From positions 6,045 to 70,044 of the IMG/VR virus record IMGVR_UViG_3300010361_000011: a DNA stretch of 64,000 bases; one strand, given 5' to 3'. Of the stretch, positions 36,019 through 45,567 are shown in pieces (the stretch's first letter is position 1; every line of letters begins with the position of its first letter). The position numbers and the translations under genes are program-made. The DNA is from a virus (taxonomy: Duplodnaviria; Caudoviricetes). Below the pieces are notes generated by a model. That model was not told the origin of the DNA, made no database searches, and saw only the letters and a list, made by a program, of their open reading frames with translations.

Positions 36019-39000
36019 CAAGGGCAGCAGCGCACCTCCGGTCCCCAACGCGACCTCGACGGCGTTCCAGTCGACGACGGCACCAAGTCCATCGGTGGCG
36101 CCGCTCTATCAGAACTTCCTCAACAACGCGACCAGCCTTTCACAGACGCCGTTTAATCCAGCGATGTACGGCCAAGTGGCGCCGTTCACTCCCGAGCAGA
36201 CGATATCCGGCGACCAGTTGTTCCAGCTCGGCATGACCATGGGCAACTTCGATCCCGCTCAGGTCACCTCGATCATGTCGCCGTTCACCGAGCAAGTCGT
36301 CGGCGCGACCCAGAACTGGTTTAACAATCAAAATGCCATCCAGGCCAACAACCTTCTGAGCCAAGCGATCCGCTCCGGTAATGCCTTCGGCGGCGATCGT
36401 GCCGGCGTGGCAGAGGCGCAGCTCGCCGGACAGCAGCAGCTGGCACAGGCGCCCGTCATCGCTGGGCTTCGGCAGGCCGGCTATACCCAAGCCCTCGATG
36501 AGTACAATCGCCTGAAGCAGTTCGGTCTGGCGGGCGCACAGGCGGCATGGGGCTTCGGCACCCAAGAGCAGCAGCAAGTCCAGAGAGAACTCGACGTCGC
36601 GCAACAGAACGCGATGATGGCGTCGGCCTATCCGTTCCAGACCGCCAACTGGTACGGCTCCATCCTCGGCGGTCTCGGGCCGTTGCTCGGATCGCAGGTA
36701 TCAGGCTTCAACACGCCGCCCGCACCCAATGCGCTGAGCACGGGCCTGGGCCTGGGTCTCGGCGTCGCTGGCCTTGCGGCTGGGTTTGCCGGGGCCGGCG
36801 ACACGTCGGGAGCGGCAGCGCCCGCCGTTGATACGTCGGGTCAGATACGTAGTGCCGGCGGCGTTATCTATCCACGCGCGCGTGGCGGCCTCATTCAGCT
36901 TCCTGGCATGGCGCGCGGCGGTCTCGTGGGAGAGCCGATCATCCTTCGGCGCCAGGACGGCGGCGGGACGTTCCAGGGCGGATATCCGCTGCCGCCGAGC
37001 GACCAGCAGGATACCTCGATCCGGCGCGCGCGCCCCTTTGCCGAGCCAGATGACCAGGATGACCTCGGCCGCGCCTCCGATATGGCTGAGCGTGTCCGCG
37101 ACGACGGCGAGCGCGATGTGCCCAATCTCACCGGCGGGCATCTGAGGCTGTCGCCCCAGTTGCTGCCGCAGCCGGTCTTCCCAGGTGGGCCGAGCAGCGG
37201 AACGACGCAGCCGCAGCAGGGGAAAGATCAGACCTCGCAACTCATAAGCGCTGGAGCAACGGTGGCCAAGCTCCTGCCGCTGATCCTGGCTAAGCGGGGG
37301 GGTTACATAGGTCGCCTCGCAACCGGCGGCGGCTCGCGCAAGAGCCTGTTCTCCGACGTGCCCAACATCTTCGGTCAGCTCGAGCTGCCGGCCCGCAGCC
37401 TGCCGCAGCCGACATTCCCGAGCGGTGGCGGCGGCGCGGCGCAGGCGCCGCAGACTCCTCTCCAAGCTTTGACTGCGGGACTGCCCGCTATCGGCAAGCT
37501 CATGGGCGGGAAGTCTTCGTCCTCATCTTCGGGCGGTGAGCCGATCCAAGTCGGCGAGAGCGTAGACATTCCGGCGGCGGCCCGTGGCGGTTACATTCGC
37601 CTGCTTCAACGCGGCGGTGACGTCGACGACGACGATGAACCTCTCACGATGACCGATATCGGCGTGCTCTCTCCCGGAGGGAGAGAGCTGCCGCCCTCGA
37701 TCGCAGGCCCGCCACGTGGCTCGCCCGCTGGCCCAGTACAGCAAGCTGCCGACGTGCCCAATCTGGCGCGAGTGCGCGAGCGCTTCCGGCCGGCACTTGA
37801 ACGTAACCCAGCGCTCGCGCGGCAGTTCGATATCAACACGACGGCAGAGGCCGGCGAGAGAATGCCGGCGCGGGATTTCTACCAAGCGCTGACGCTCGAC
37901 CGCGCGGCAGCACGCGGCGAGGCTCTCCCGTATACGCTGAGCCGAGGGCCTGGGACGCCTGATCGCTATTATCCGTGGCGGACCATAGCGGCGACCAGGA
38001 CGTCGGGTTTCGGTGTGAACCCAGCCTTGTGGGCTGGAGCTAATCCAGCAAGATTTGCCACCGGCAACGCGAGCTACGATCCAAACACCGGCCGCTATGT
38101 GGGCTTCGCGGGCGGCCCTCAGACCGGCTCTGTCCAGACCGGAGGCGGCACGGAATATGGCGGGGTAGAAGGACCGGACGTCGCTGCGGCGCGGCGCTAT
38201 GGCTATACGGGACCGTCGAGGACAGCGATCGGCCCAAGTGGACCGCAGGGCGCGGGCGATCAGGCGGCCATGAGAGCCGCAGACGTTGATCGCGCGACTA
38301 CTGGTCCTTCCGGCGGTCCTTCTGGCGGTGGCGGTCGCCCGCTGGCCCCTGGCGAGACGCGCACTTATCCAGCCCTCGCGCGCACAGAACGGCCGATGAC
38401 GTTCGGCCAGAGGTGGGCGTCCAGTCCCTTGACGCAGCTTGCGATCGGCTTGCTAGGGCGCAGCCCCTACTTCGGCGTCAATCTCGCATCAGGCTTGCAG
38501 AACATGACCTCCGGTCAGATCGGAGAGCAGGCACTCCAGCGGCAGAAGCTGCTCGATGAGAAGCCCGAGCTGATAACGCTGCCGAGCGGCGAGCAGGCTG
38601 TGCGTCACAGCAACGGTCAGATCACCAACCTTGGGCTGGGAGTGCTCCCGGAGGAGAGGCGGGCACAAGAAGAGCACGCGCAGAAGATGGCCAAGCCGAT
38701 TACCGTGAAGGGACTGTGGGGCGACGAGGAGTGGGTCTACGATCCCAAGCAAGACAGGTACGTACCGTTGCCAGCCCCACAGCAGACGAAGACTGAACCT
38801 CCGCCGAAGACCGAGGAGGCTCCCGCACAGCCACCCGCACAGCCGCCCGCCCCAGCTCCGACGCCTGCCCCGCCTCAAGTGCGGCAAACATGGGAACCAG
38901 GGGCAACGACTGACCCGCGCATCACGGCTCAGCCCTTCCACACGCCAGCGACATTACCGCCATCGATGCAGGCGCTTGTGCCTGCTGCGCCTGCCGCGCC

Positions 39001-39922
39001 GGCTGCACCGGCAACCACTGCACAAGTTGGACCTACAACGCGGCCCCCTCCTGCGCCCGCAGACACCGAAGGACTTACCGACGAACAGAAGGACATTGCT
39101 GCGCAAGTCAGAGCAAGGGGCGGCTTCAAGACGCCGCTCAACGTCGATCCCCGCATGATGCAATACTTCAGCATGACGCCAGAGCAGTTCGACTTCCGCG
39201 CGGCCCGTCTTGCGATGGGCGACACGTCGGTGCTGACAGGCGCCGGCATGGGCAGGCAAGCGTCAGCGCTCAAGAGCGCACTGAGAAGCCGCGCCGATCA
39301 GTACTGGATGGACAGGGGTCTCGGCCCCGAGCGCGCCAACGCTGCGGTCAACGAGTTCCTGGCACAGAAGGCTGGCGCGCGCTCGCTCGCCACGCAAGAA
39401 GCTCGCATCACAGGGGCTCTGAAGACGGCGATGCAAACTGCCCCGCGTGTCATCGAGGCGTCCAACAAGGTAGACCGCACGCAGTTTCCTGATCTGAACA
39501 AGATCATCATCATGGCTAGACAAAAGACCGGCGACCCAAATGTGGTGCAGTTCGGCTCAGCCATAGAGACTTTCATCCGCAACTATGCGCGCGCGATGGG
39601 CGGCGGCAACAACGTGCTGACAGATGAATCGATGAGGCGAATGTCCGTTCTTCTTCAGGATCGTTTCTCCAAAGGACAGATCAACGCCGCCATCGATCAG
39701 GCACTGGTCGAGATGGACAGCGAATTGACGGGTATTCGCGGCTCGATGGGCAGCTATCTTGGGACCGAGCCAGAGGTTCGTTACCAGCGCGGCGACGTAT
39801 TCAGGGGCGGGCCGGGAGCGCAGCCGGCAGCACCGACACAGCAAGCCCCTCGACCGCGCGTTCGTCAGGGTGGGCATGTCTTCGAGCGTCAACCTGACGG
39901 CACTATGAAGTTTATCGAGTGA
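36002..39922 (+). CDS. DNA ejection protein with possible muralytic domain
   Basis: Likely start MCSKGSS at 36011; AFGGDRAGV...Q-rich N-terminal helices; TTAEAGE...DRAAARG segment. Confidence 0.75.
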   Translation: MLSMCSKGSSAPPVPNATSTAFQSTTAPSPSVAPLYQNFLNNATSLSQTPFNPAMYGQVAPFTPEQTISGDQLFQLGMTMGNFDPAQVTSIMSPFTEQVVGATQNWFNNQNAIQANNLLSQAIRSGNAFGGDRAGVAEAQLAGQQQLAQAPVIAGLRQAGYTQALDEYNRLKQFGLAGAQAAWGFGTQEQQQVQRELDVAQQNAMMASAYPFQTANWYGSILGGLGPLLGSQVSGFNTPPAPNALSTGLGLGLGVAGLAAGFAGAGDTSGAAAPAVDTSGQIRSAGGVIYPRARGGLIQLPGMARGGLVGEPIILRRQDGGGTFQGGYPLPPSDQQDTSIRRARPFAEPDDQDDLGRASDMAERVRDDGERDVPNLTGGHLRLSPQLLPQPVFPGGPSSGTTQPQQGKDQTSQLISAGATVAKLLPLILAKRGGYIGRLATGGGSRKSLFSDVPNIFGQLELPARSLPQPTFPSGGGGAAQAPQTPLQALTAGLPAIGKLMGGKSSSSSSGGEPIQVGESVDIPAAARGGYIRLLQRGGDVDDDDEPLTMTDIGVLSPGGRELPPSIAGPPRGSPAGPVQQAADVPNLARVRERFRPALERNPALARQFDINTTAEAGERMPARDFYQALTLDRAAARGEALPYTLSRGPGTPDRYYPWRTIAATRTSGFGVNPALWAGANPARFATGNASYDPNTGRYVGFAGGPQTGSVQTGGGTEYGGVEGPDVAAARRYGYTGPSRTAIGPSGPQGAGDQAAMRAADVDRATTGPSGGPSGGGGRPLAPGETRTYPALARTERPMTFGQRWASSPLTQLAIGLLGRSPYFGVNLASGLQNMTSGQIGEQALQRQKLLDEKPELITLPSGEQAVRHSNGQITNLGLGVLPEERRAQEEHAQKMAKPITVKGLWGDEEWVYDPKQDRYVPLPAPQQTKTEPPPKTEEAPAQPPAQPPAPAPTPAPPQVRQTWEPGATTDPRITAQPFHTPATLPPSMQALVPAAPAAPAAPATTAQVGPTTRPPPAPADTEGLTDEQKDIAAQVRARGGFKTPLNVDPRMMQYFSMTPEQFDFRAARLAMGDTSVLTGAGMGRQASALKSALRSRADQYWMDRGLGPERANAAVNEFLAQKAGARSLATQEARITGALKTAMQTAPRVIEASNKVDRTQFPDLNKIIIMARQKTGDPNVVQFGSAIETFIRNYARAMGGGNNVLTDESMRRMSVLLQDRFSKGQINAAIDQALVEMDSELTGIRGSMGSYLGTEPEVRYQRGDVFRGGPGAQPAAPTQQAPRPRVRQGGHVFERQPDGTMKFIE

Positions 39923-42900
39923 TGGCTGATCCGGTATTCGATCCGAGCAAACCATTTGAGCCTGTCGAACAGCCACGGGCCACGCCGACATTTGATCCGA
40001 GCAAGCCTTATGAAGAAGTAAAGCCCCCCACCTGGGGCGAGACCGCTGCCGACGTTGCCAAGCAGGTTGCCGTTGCGCCAGTGCGCGCTGTGGAAGCAGC
40101 AGCGACGTGGCCCGCGCAGCTCTTAGAGGCTGTCGGTCCTACTCTTGGCAAGCCCTTCGAGTGGATGGGCATGACAAGCCCAGAGGCCGAGGAAGAGCGG
40201 CAGCAAAGGCTCGAAGCGATACGAAAGCAGGCCGGCCCTCCCGGCATTGGCAAGTATCTGCCGGAAGCCAAGACCAGACCCGGGAAATATCTCGGCACGG
40301 CTGCGGAGTTTGCGACGGGTGCGGCGCTGTCGCCGGGCCGGTTGGCGGTGACTGCACCCATTGCGGCAGGCGCCGGACTGACTTCCGAGGCTGCCGGTCA
40401 AGCCATGGAAACGGCCGGTCCACTGGCAGAAGGCGTCGCGCGCTTTCTGGGAGCGGCGGCAGGCATGGGAGCTGGCCTGGGCATTCATGGCATCGGCCGC
40501 GCGTGGCTGTCGCAGAAGGGCAACGTCGAAGTCGCGCAGCAGCGTCTCATGCGAGCCTTCGAGCGCGACGGCGTCACGCCCGACGATGTGCTGTGGCAGC
40601 TTCAGCGGGTGAAGCAGGTTCGGCCTGATGCCACACTGATGGATGTCGCCGGTCCAGAAGTTCGCAATGTTCTGGAGATGATTGCGCAATCTCCTGGAGG
40701 CAGGGGCGTTGTTGAGCCGGTTCTGACGGCGCGCCAAAGGGGACAGGCGAGCCGATTGGTAAACGATCTTACCGGAGCTACCGGCACGAGACAGAGCGCG
40801 TTCCAAGCGCTCGAACAGGCAACCGAGGCGCGCAAGACCGCAGCTCGTCCGCTCTATCAGCAGGCTTATGCTGATGGTGATCGCGCCATCTGGTCAGACG
40901 AACTGGAACGGCTCAGCAGTTCCAGTGCTGTCAAGCAAGCGATGCAAAGTGCGGTACGCAATTGGCGTGATCAAGCCATTGCTGATGGCTACGGTGCGAT
41001 GAACCCTGGCGCGCTAGTCGAACGCGGCGGGCAGTTGAGGTTCCTCGCCGGCAAGGTTCCTGTCTTTCCCAATCTACAGTTCTGGGATTACGTCAAGAAC
41101 TCGCTCGACCAAGCATACAAAAGGTCCGTTAGGGAATCGGGACCGACGAAAGAGAGCGCGCGGCTCGCGACCTTTCTTTCACAATTGCGTGGTGAGCTGG
41201 ACAGAGAGGTTCCGACCTATGCTGCTGCTCGCGGTCAATGGGCGGGGCAGAGTGCGTACATCGATGCAATCAACGAGGGCAAGAGCATCCTCAACAAGAA
41301 CATAACAGCAGAGGAACTCTCTGCTGCGTGGCAAGGCATGAGCCAGGGCGAGCGCGAGGGTTATCGTATCGGTGCAGTCAGCTCGATCATCAATCAGATC
41401 AGAAGTAACCCGGCTAAGGCGCCGGATTTTACTAGGGTGATGCGTTCGCCCGAAATGCGAGACAAGCTCAGCCTTCTCATGCCATCGGGTGAAGCGATGG
41501 CGCGCTTTAATCGTGCGCTCGATTACGAGGTACGCTCGTCCGAGATCGTAGGGCAGTCTCTCGGAAACAGTGCGACCTTCCGTAGGCTGGCGGCTGCGCA
41601 AGATGCCGAGAACCTGATTGGTGAGCTGGTCACCACGGCAATGCACGGCGTTCCAGGATTCTGGACGGGCATGCGGCAAGGTGCTCAGTATATCAACCGC
41701 AGATTAAGGACCCACTCTGACCGTGAGCTTGCCAAACTGCTCACCAGCGGCGACCCTGTCATCACCGCAGAAGCGGTTCGACGCGGTCTCGTGCGGCCCG
41801 AGAACATTCGAGGCGCAATCCAAAGCGGAGCCATCGGTCTAGGAGCGTCTGAGAATGCACAGCCTCAACGAACGCGAGAGGGATATCCTTTCTATCAAGC
41901 ACGCCAAGCGGGCGGAGGTGTTCCTGCGATTGGCGCTGCGGGAGGGCGATCCCCAGGAACGACAACGCCTGCTCGCGCTCGCGCGGCACGCCAGAGGACA
42001 AGCCAAGCTCTACAGGATGGTGGAGCGGCGCGGGACCAAGCGGGGCCGACGATAAAGCCTGGCACGCGCGAGCACTGGGCGGCCTTGATCGCAAGCCCGG
42101 TGCACGGTGGCCCCACCACCAGCGGCGCCCCGCGCGGAAAGGCCCCCACCGGCGTCTCCTACAACGACATCGTGGATTACCTTAAACGTCGCGGCATCCC
42201 CAGCGAAGGTATGGGCAGCTTCTCGGAGTACGCGGCTGAGGCACGCCAAGAGGGCGGCAGTGTTGAGGGTGAAGACGAAGACGAGAAGCTCCCGCTTCCT
42301 GGCCAGAGCATCGGCCTGGGAAAAGTACCTGTAATCACGAACAGAGCGGGCGAGACCCTTCCCGAGTACATCGCCAAGGCATGGGGGCGAGGCGCAGCTG
42401 ACTGGGCGATGACGCCTGGGCGCGCCTACAAAGAGGGCCTCACCCCAGAGGAGGAAACAGACTGGGCAGCCAGGACCGCCGGTCAGCTGACCGGTCGCGG
42501 CGTCACGCAGCCCGCTCCTGGCATCGGTATCTTTGGTGGCATCGGTGCCAAGACAGCCAATACCGCCATGCTGGATAAAGCTTTGAGGATGCATGCAGCT
42601 GGCGCCGACCCGACCTCGATTTGGAATCAGACCGGATGGTTTCGAGGGGCCGAAGGTAAGTGGCGCTTCGAGATACCGGATGTCGAAGCTCGGCTGAAGG
42701 AGCTTGACCCAGAGTATCTCCAGCGCCTGCATGCATCAGGCAGCACGGGTCCGACGCATCGTTTTAGTCCCGATCTTAGGGAAGTGGTCGAGCACCCGGA
42801 GTTTTTCCGCGCCTATCCTGAAATGAAGGCGGTGGTGGGCGAGGTGGTCGTCGATCCGCATGCGCAAAGCTCGCAGTTCGGGTTCTGGCAACCGCCTCAT

Positions 42901-45015
42901 CAGACGCTTACTGGTATCGAGCCGCCATACATCCACGCGACGGGCCGGGACGTTGATCTCGCGCTGTCATCGACGCTGCACGAGATGCAGCACGGCGTGC
43001 AGAACGTCGAACGGTTTGCGCCGGGGTCCAGTCGAGAGTTGGCCGCCAAGGTTCTCGGCCCGACAGCAAGCGAGCGAGCGGCTGCGGATTTGGCAGCCAC
43101 AAAAGGCCTGACTTATTCCGATCTTCACCCATTGGAGAAGCGACAGTTCCGAAATCAGGCAGCGGCGATGGCCTATCTCGCGCATGCTGGCGAGACCGAG
43201 GCGCGCAATGTGCAGCGGCGTTGGGAGAGAGGCATCAGTCGAGCGCCGCCATGGCGGACAGAGGACGTGGCGCGCGAGAAGCAGATCATTCCCACCGGCC
43301 AGAAGCGTAAGCGTTTTATCCGGGGCGAGCCGGTCAAGCTGGAGATGCAGCAGGGCGGCAGCGTCGAGGACGAGAAGCCCGAGGAACCTTCGCTGCCTAA
43401 AGGTCTCGCCGAGGCCTGGGGAGACCCCTTCGAGCGCGCCGCCTATCGACAGGCGCGGGCGGTGCGCCCGCGATCGTTCACCGAGGAAGGCCGCACCGAG
43501 GGAATGGCTACCCGTGCCCTTGAGAAGGCCGGGGAGAGCGTTATCCCGCAGTCCCCCTCCGACTATGCCCTGATGGCCCTCGGAGGCCCCTGGGGACGCG
43601 CCGCTAAGGTTGGGGCGGTGGGTCTAGCCGCGCTCCTCGAAAGCCTATCCCCGGCTGAGGCTGGCAAGATCAAGACGCTGATGGAGCTTGGCATCGAGCC
43701 GGCCTACATCCGTCGCATCCTGACCCAGACCAAGGAGAAAGGCGGTGGTAGCTTCTCGATGACGGGTGGACCTGCTCCGACCGAGGGGCGCATGATGGGA
43801 GTGCTCCCCAATGAGCGCAACATCGTGGTGCCTTCAGGTGAAGCGCTCAAGCGTCCCGAGTTGGAGGATTATATCCGCCGCAACTGGGAGAAGCTCCAGG
43901 CTGAGAACCGCTATCTGGGAACGTGGCGTGACCCGAAAACCGGCATGACCTACGTTGACATCTCCGAGCGCTTCGATCCCAAGCAGTTACGAACCGCGAC
44001 CAAGTTTGGAGAACGAACGGGTCAGATATCCGGCTACGACATCGGCGCTGACAAGCCTTTTCCAGTTGGCAACTGGTGGGAGTTCATTAGCAGTCCCGAA
44101 TATCGCCAGCGCTTGCGGGAGATGGCCGAAGAGGGCCGCAGCTTCCTGGCGCAGCATCCGTCCAAGGAATGGTGGGACCTGCACGGCACCTCGTTGGAAC
44201 GTGTGTATGGTCCAGAGAATCTGCCTGCTGTTGCAGGCTATACTGCGACTACCGCGCCGCGTACCAAGATCGTGCCTAACTTGCGGCAGATGACCGAGTA
44301 CATGCGTCGACAACTTGCTGGTGAGCCGGTTGTGCAGCCCTCCTGGCGCGTTCCAGAGGGTGCGCTGTCGATGCAGCCCGGTGGCCAGATGCCGTTGGAA
44401 GCGTCGCGTGTGGCTAATCTTGAGCGGGTGCGCCGAGGAGCACTCGGCGAGCTATCAAGCACCAAGGTGGCCGATGAGGCCAAGGCCTTCCTTGGCGACC
44501 CGAATGTCGGTCCCATCGATGTGCATCATATCCGCCTGGGTGAGGCGCCCGAGCGCGGCATTTATGCCGCCACTCAGCCCGGTGAGATCGAAACTACGGC
44601 AACCAAAGCGATGGGCGTGGCGCCGTATGACTTCCAGCAGGCACAGATCGCCGACGAGGCGCGCAATCAGGGACGTACACTGCGCGACTATTCCGCCGAT
44701 GTGTGGACCGGCATCACCGAGACGATCAGGCGTACCAACCAGCTCTATGGCGCGCCATTCAGAGGCTCGATGGTCGGCGGCGGTGAGGGATACGCCGACC
44801 AGTTCTCCAAGATACTGGAACAGGCAGCGAAGAAGCTTGGCATGGATCAGGACAAGTTGGAGCACCAGCTGCGCAGCGGCGACAGCAGCTTGCTCAGCTG
44901 GCTCTTGGTTTCTTCGCCGGCATTCTATGCAGCGTACCGTCAGTGGCAGGCTCCTCAAGGCCCCACTGCGCCCGCTTCCAGCGACAGAAGCCAGCCCACC
45001 AACGCCGCTCTTTGA
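39919..45015 (+). CDS. large polyvalent/ejection protein (LPD23 + zincin-like HExxH + further domains)
   Basis: FDPSKP(F/Y)E repeats; IWNQTGWFRGAEGKWRFEIPD; LHEMQH; GETEAR; GDPNVGPIDVHHIR. Confidence 0.8.
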   Translation: MMADPVFDPSKPFEPVEQPRATPTFDPSKPYEEVKPPTWGETAADVAKQVAVAPVRAVEAAATWPAQLLEAVGPTLGKPFEWMGMTSPEAEEERQQRLEAIRKQAGPPGIGKYLPEAKTRPGKYLGTAAEFATGAALSPGRLAVTAPIAAGAGLTSEAAGQAMETAGPLAEGVARFLGAAAGMGAGLGIHGIGRAWLSQKGNVEVAQQRLMRAFERDGVTPDDVLWQLQRVKQVRPDATLMDVAGPEVRNVLEMIAQSPGGRGVVEPVLTARQRGQASRLVNDLTGATGTRQSAFQALEQATEARKTAARPLYQQAYADGDRAIWSDELERLSSSSAVKQAMQSAVRNWRDQAIADGYGAMNPGALVERGGQLRFLAGKVPVFPNLQFWDYVKNSLDQAYKRSVRESGPTKESARLATFLSQLRGELDREVPTYAAARGQWAGQSAYIDAINEGKSILNKNITAEELSAAWQGMSQGEREGYRIGAVSSIINQIRSNPAKAPDFTRVMRSPEMRDKLSLLMPSGEAMARFNRALDYEVRSSEIVGQSLGNSATFRRLAAAQDAENLIGELVTTAMHGVPGFWTGMRQGAQYINRRLRTHSDRELAKLLTSGDPVITAEAVRRGLVRPENIRGAIQSGAIGLGASENAQPQRTREGYPFYQARQAGGGVPAIGAAGGRSPGTTTPARARAARQRTSQALQDGGAARDQAGPTIKPGTREHWAALIASPVHGGPTTSGAPRGKAPTGVSYNDIVDYLKRRGIPSEGMGSFSEYAAEARQEGGSVEGEDEDEKLPLPGQSIGLGKVPVITNRAGETLPEYIAKAWGRGAADWAMTPGRAYKEGLTPEEETDWAARTAGQLTGRGVTQPAPGIGIFGGIGAKTANTAMLDKALRMHAAGADPTSIWNQTGWFRGAEGKWRFEIPDVEARLKELDPEYLQRLHASGSTGPTHRFSPDLREVVEHPEFFRAYPEMKAVVGEVVVDPHAQSSQFGFWQPPHQTLTGIEPPYIHATGRDVDLALSSTLHEMQHGVQNVERFAPGSSRELAAKVLGPTASERAAADLAATKGLTYSDLHPLEKRQFRNQAAAMAYLAHAGETEARNVQRRWERGISRAPPWRTEDVAREKQIIPTGQKRKRFIRGEPVKLEMQQGGSVEDEKPEEPSLPKGLAEAWGDPFERAAYRQARAVRPRSFTEEGRTEGMATRALEKAGESVIPQSPSDYALMALGGPWGRAAKVGAVGLAALLESLSPAEAGKIKTLMELGIEPAYIRRILTQTKEKGGGSFSMTGGPAPTEGRMMGVLPNERNIVVPSGEALKRPELEDYIRRNWEKLQAENRYLGTWRDPKTGMTYVDISERFDPKQLRTATKFGERTGQISGYDIGADKPFPVGNWWEFISSPEYRQRLREMAEEGRSFLAQHPSKEWWDLHGTSLERVYGPENLPAVAGYTATTAPRTKIVPNLRQMTEYMRRQLAGEPVVQPSWRVPEGALSMQPGGQMPLEASRVANLERVRRGALGELSSTKVADEAKAFLGDPNVGPIDVHHIRLGEAPERGIYAATQPGEIETTATKAMGVAPYDFQQAQIADEARNQGRTLRDYSADVWTGITETIRRTNQLYGAPFRGSMVGGGEGYADQFSKILEQAAKKLGMDQDKLEHQLRSGDSSLLSWLLVSSPAFYAAYRQWQAPQGPTAPASSDRSQPTNAAL

Positions 45016-45358
45016 ATTGGTTCCGATGACGATTGAACCGCTCACGCTGGAGAAGCTCGACCCAGGCTTGCGCGTACTTCTTCTTCGAGTCAGTCCTCAT
45101 GTCTCATGAGATATACATGTAAAGCACGAAGATCAATGGCAACGCCTCTTGACATCAAGGTTTCACGGGTGCTGCAATCCCAAAGCGCCAGGATGACAGG
45201 AGGGAGCGAGCCGGCCGCATTGCTGGCACCACTCCATGAGGCGTCTTCCCGGACGGAATCGCAGAGTCCCATTTCCGCACGCATGAAGTGGCCCTGGTGG
45301 ACTAACCACTCGCCAGGGCCATCTTGTATAATGCGCCTGTTCGATTCGGGAGCGTGCG

Positions 45359-45520
45359 ATGCAGAACGTAGGGCTGATCTTACTGACATTCGCGTTCGTG
45401 TTTGCGGTAATCGCCAGTGTCATCATGTCGTCAAGTGGTCGATGGCATTTTGGTTGGGCCGCTATTGCGTGCTGGATCGCCTCTGAGCTAATCGGAGGAT
45501 TGGGCCGCGTCTTCCACTGA
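45359..45520 (+). CDS. small two-TM membrane protein
   Basis: Hand-translated 53 aa MQNVGLILLTFAFVFAVIASVIMSSSGRWHFGWAAIACWIASELIGGLGRVFH; GGGAG RBS. Confidence 0.65.
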   Translation: MQNVGLILLTFAFVFAVIASVIMSSSGRWHFGWAAIACWIASELIGGLGRVFH

Positions 45521-45567
45521 AACCCGCGCCAGCCGGGACCGCTGGCATCAAGCCTAGGAGACTGAAC

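Noticed and set aside
43730-44070. T3-type SAM lyase domain
   Set aside because: It has a late conserved Gln, but I could not match the other SAMase motifs; left as a domain of unknown function.
11134-45015. Ubiquitin-like conjugation system behind the GG motifs
   Set aside because: The motifs are internal, and no E1/E2, JAB or beta-grasp protein is recognisable in the window.
45016-45358. Genes in the gap after the polyvalent protein (44894-45100 minus, 45090-45389 minus, 45106-45486 plus)
   Set aside because: The frames conflict, with no motif or clear RBS to choose between them.
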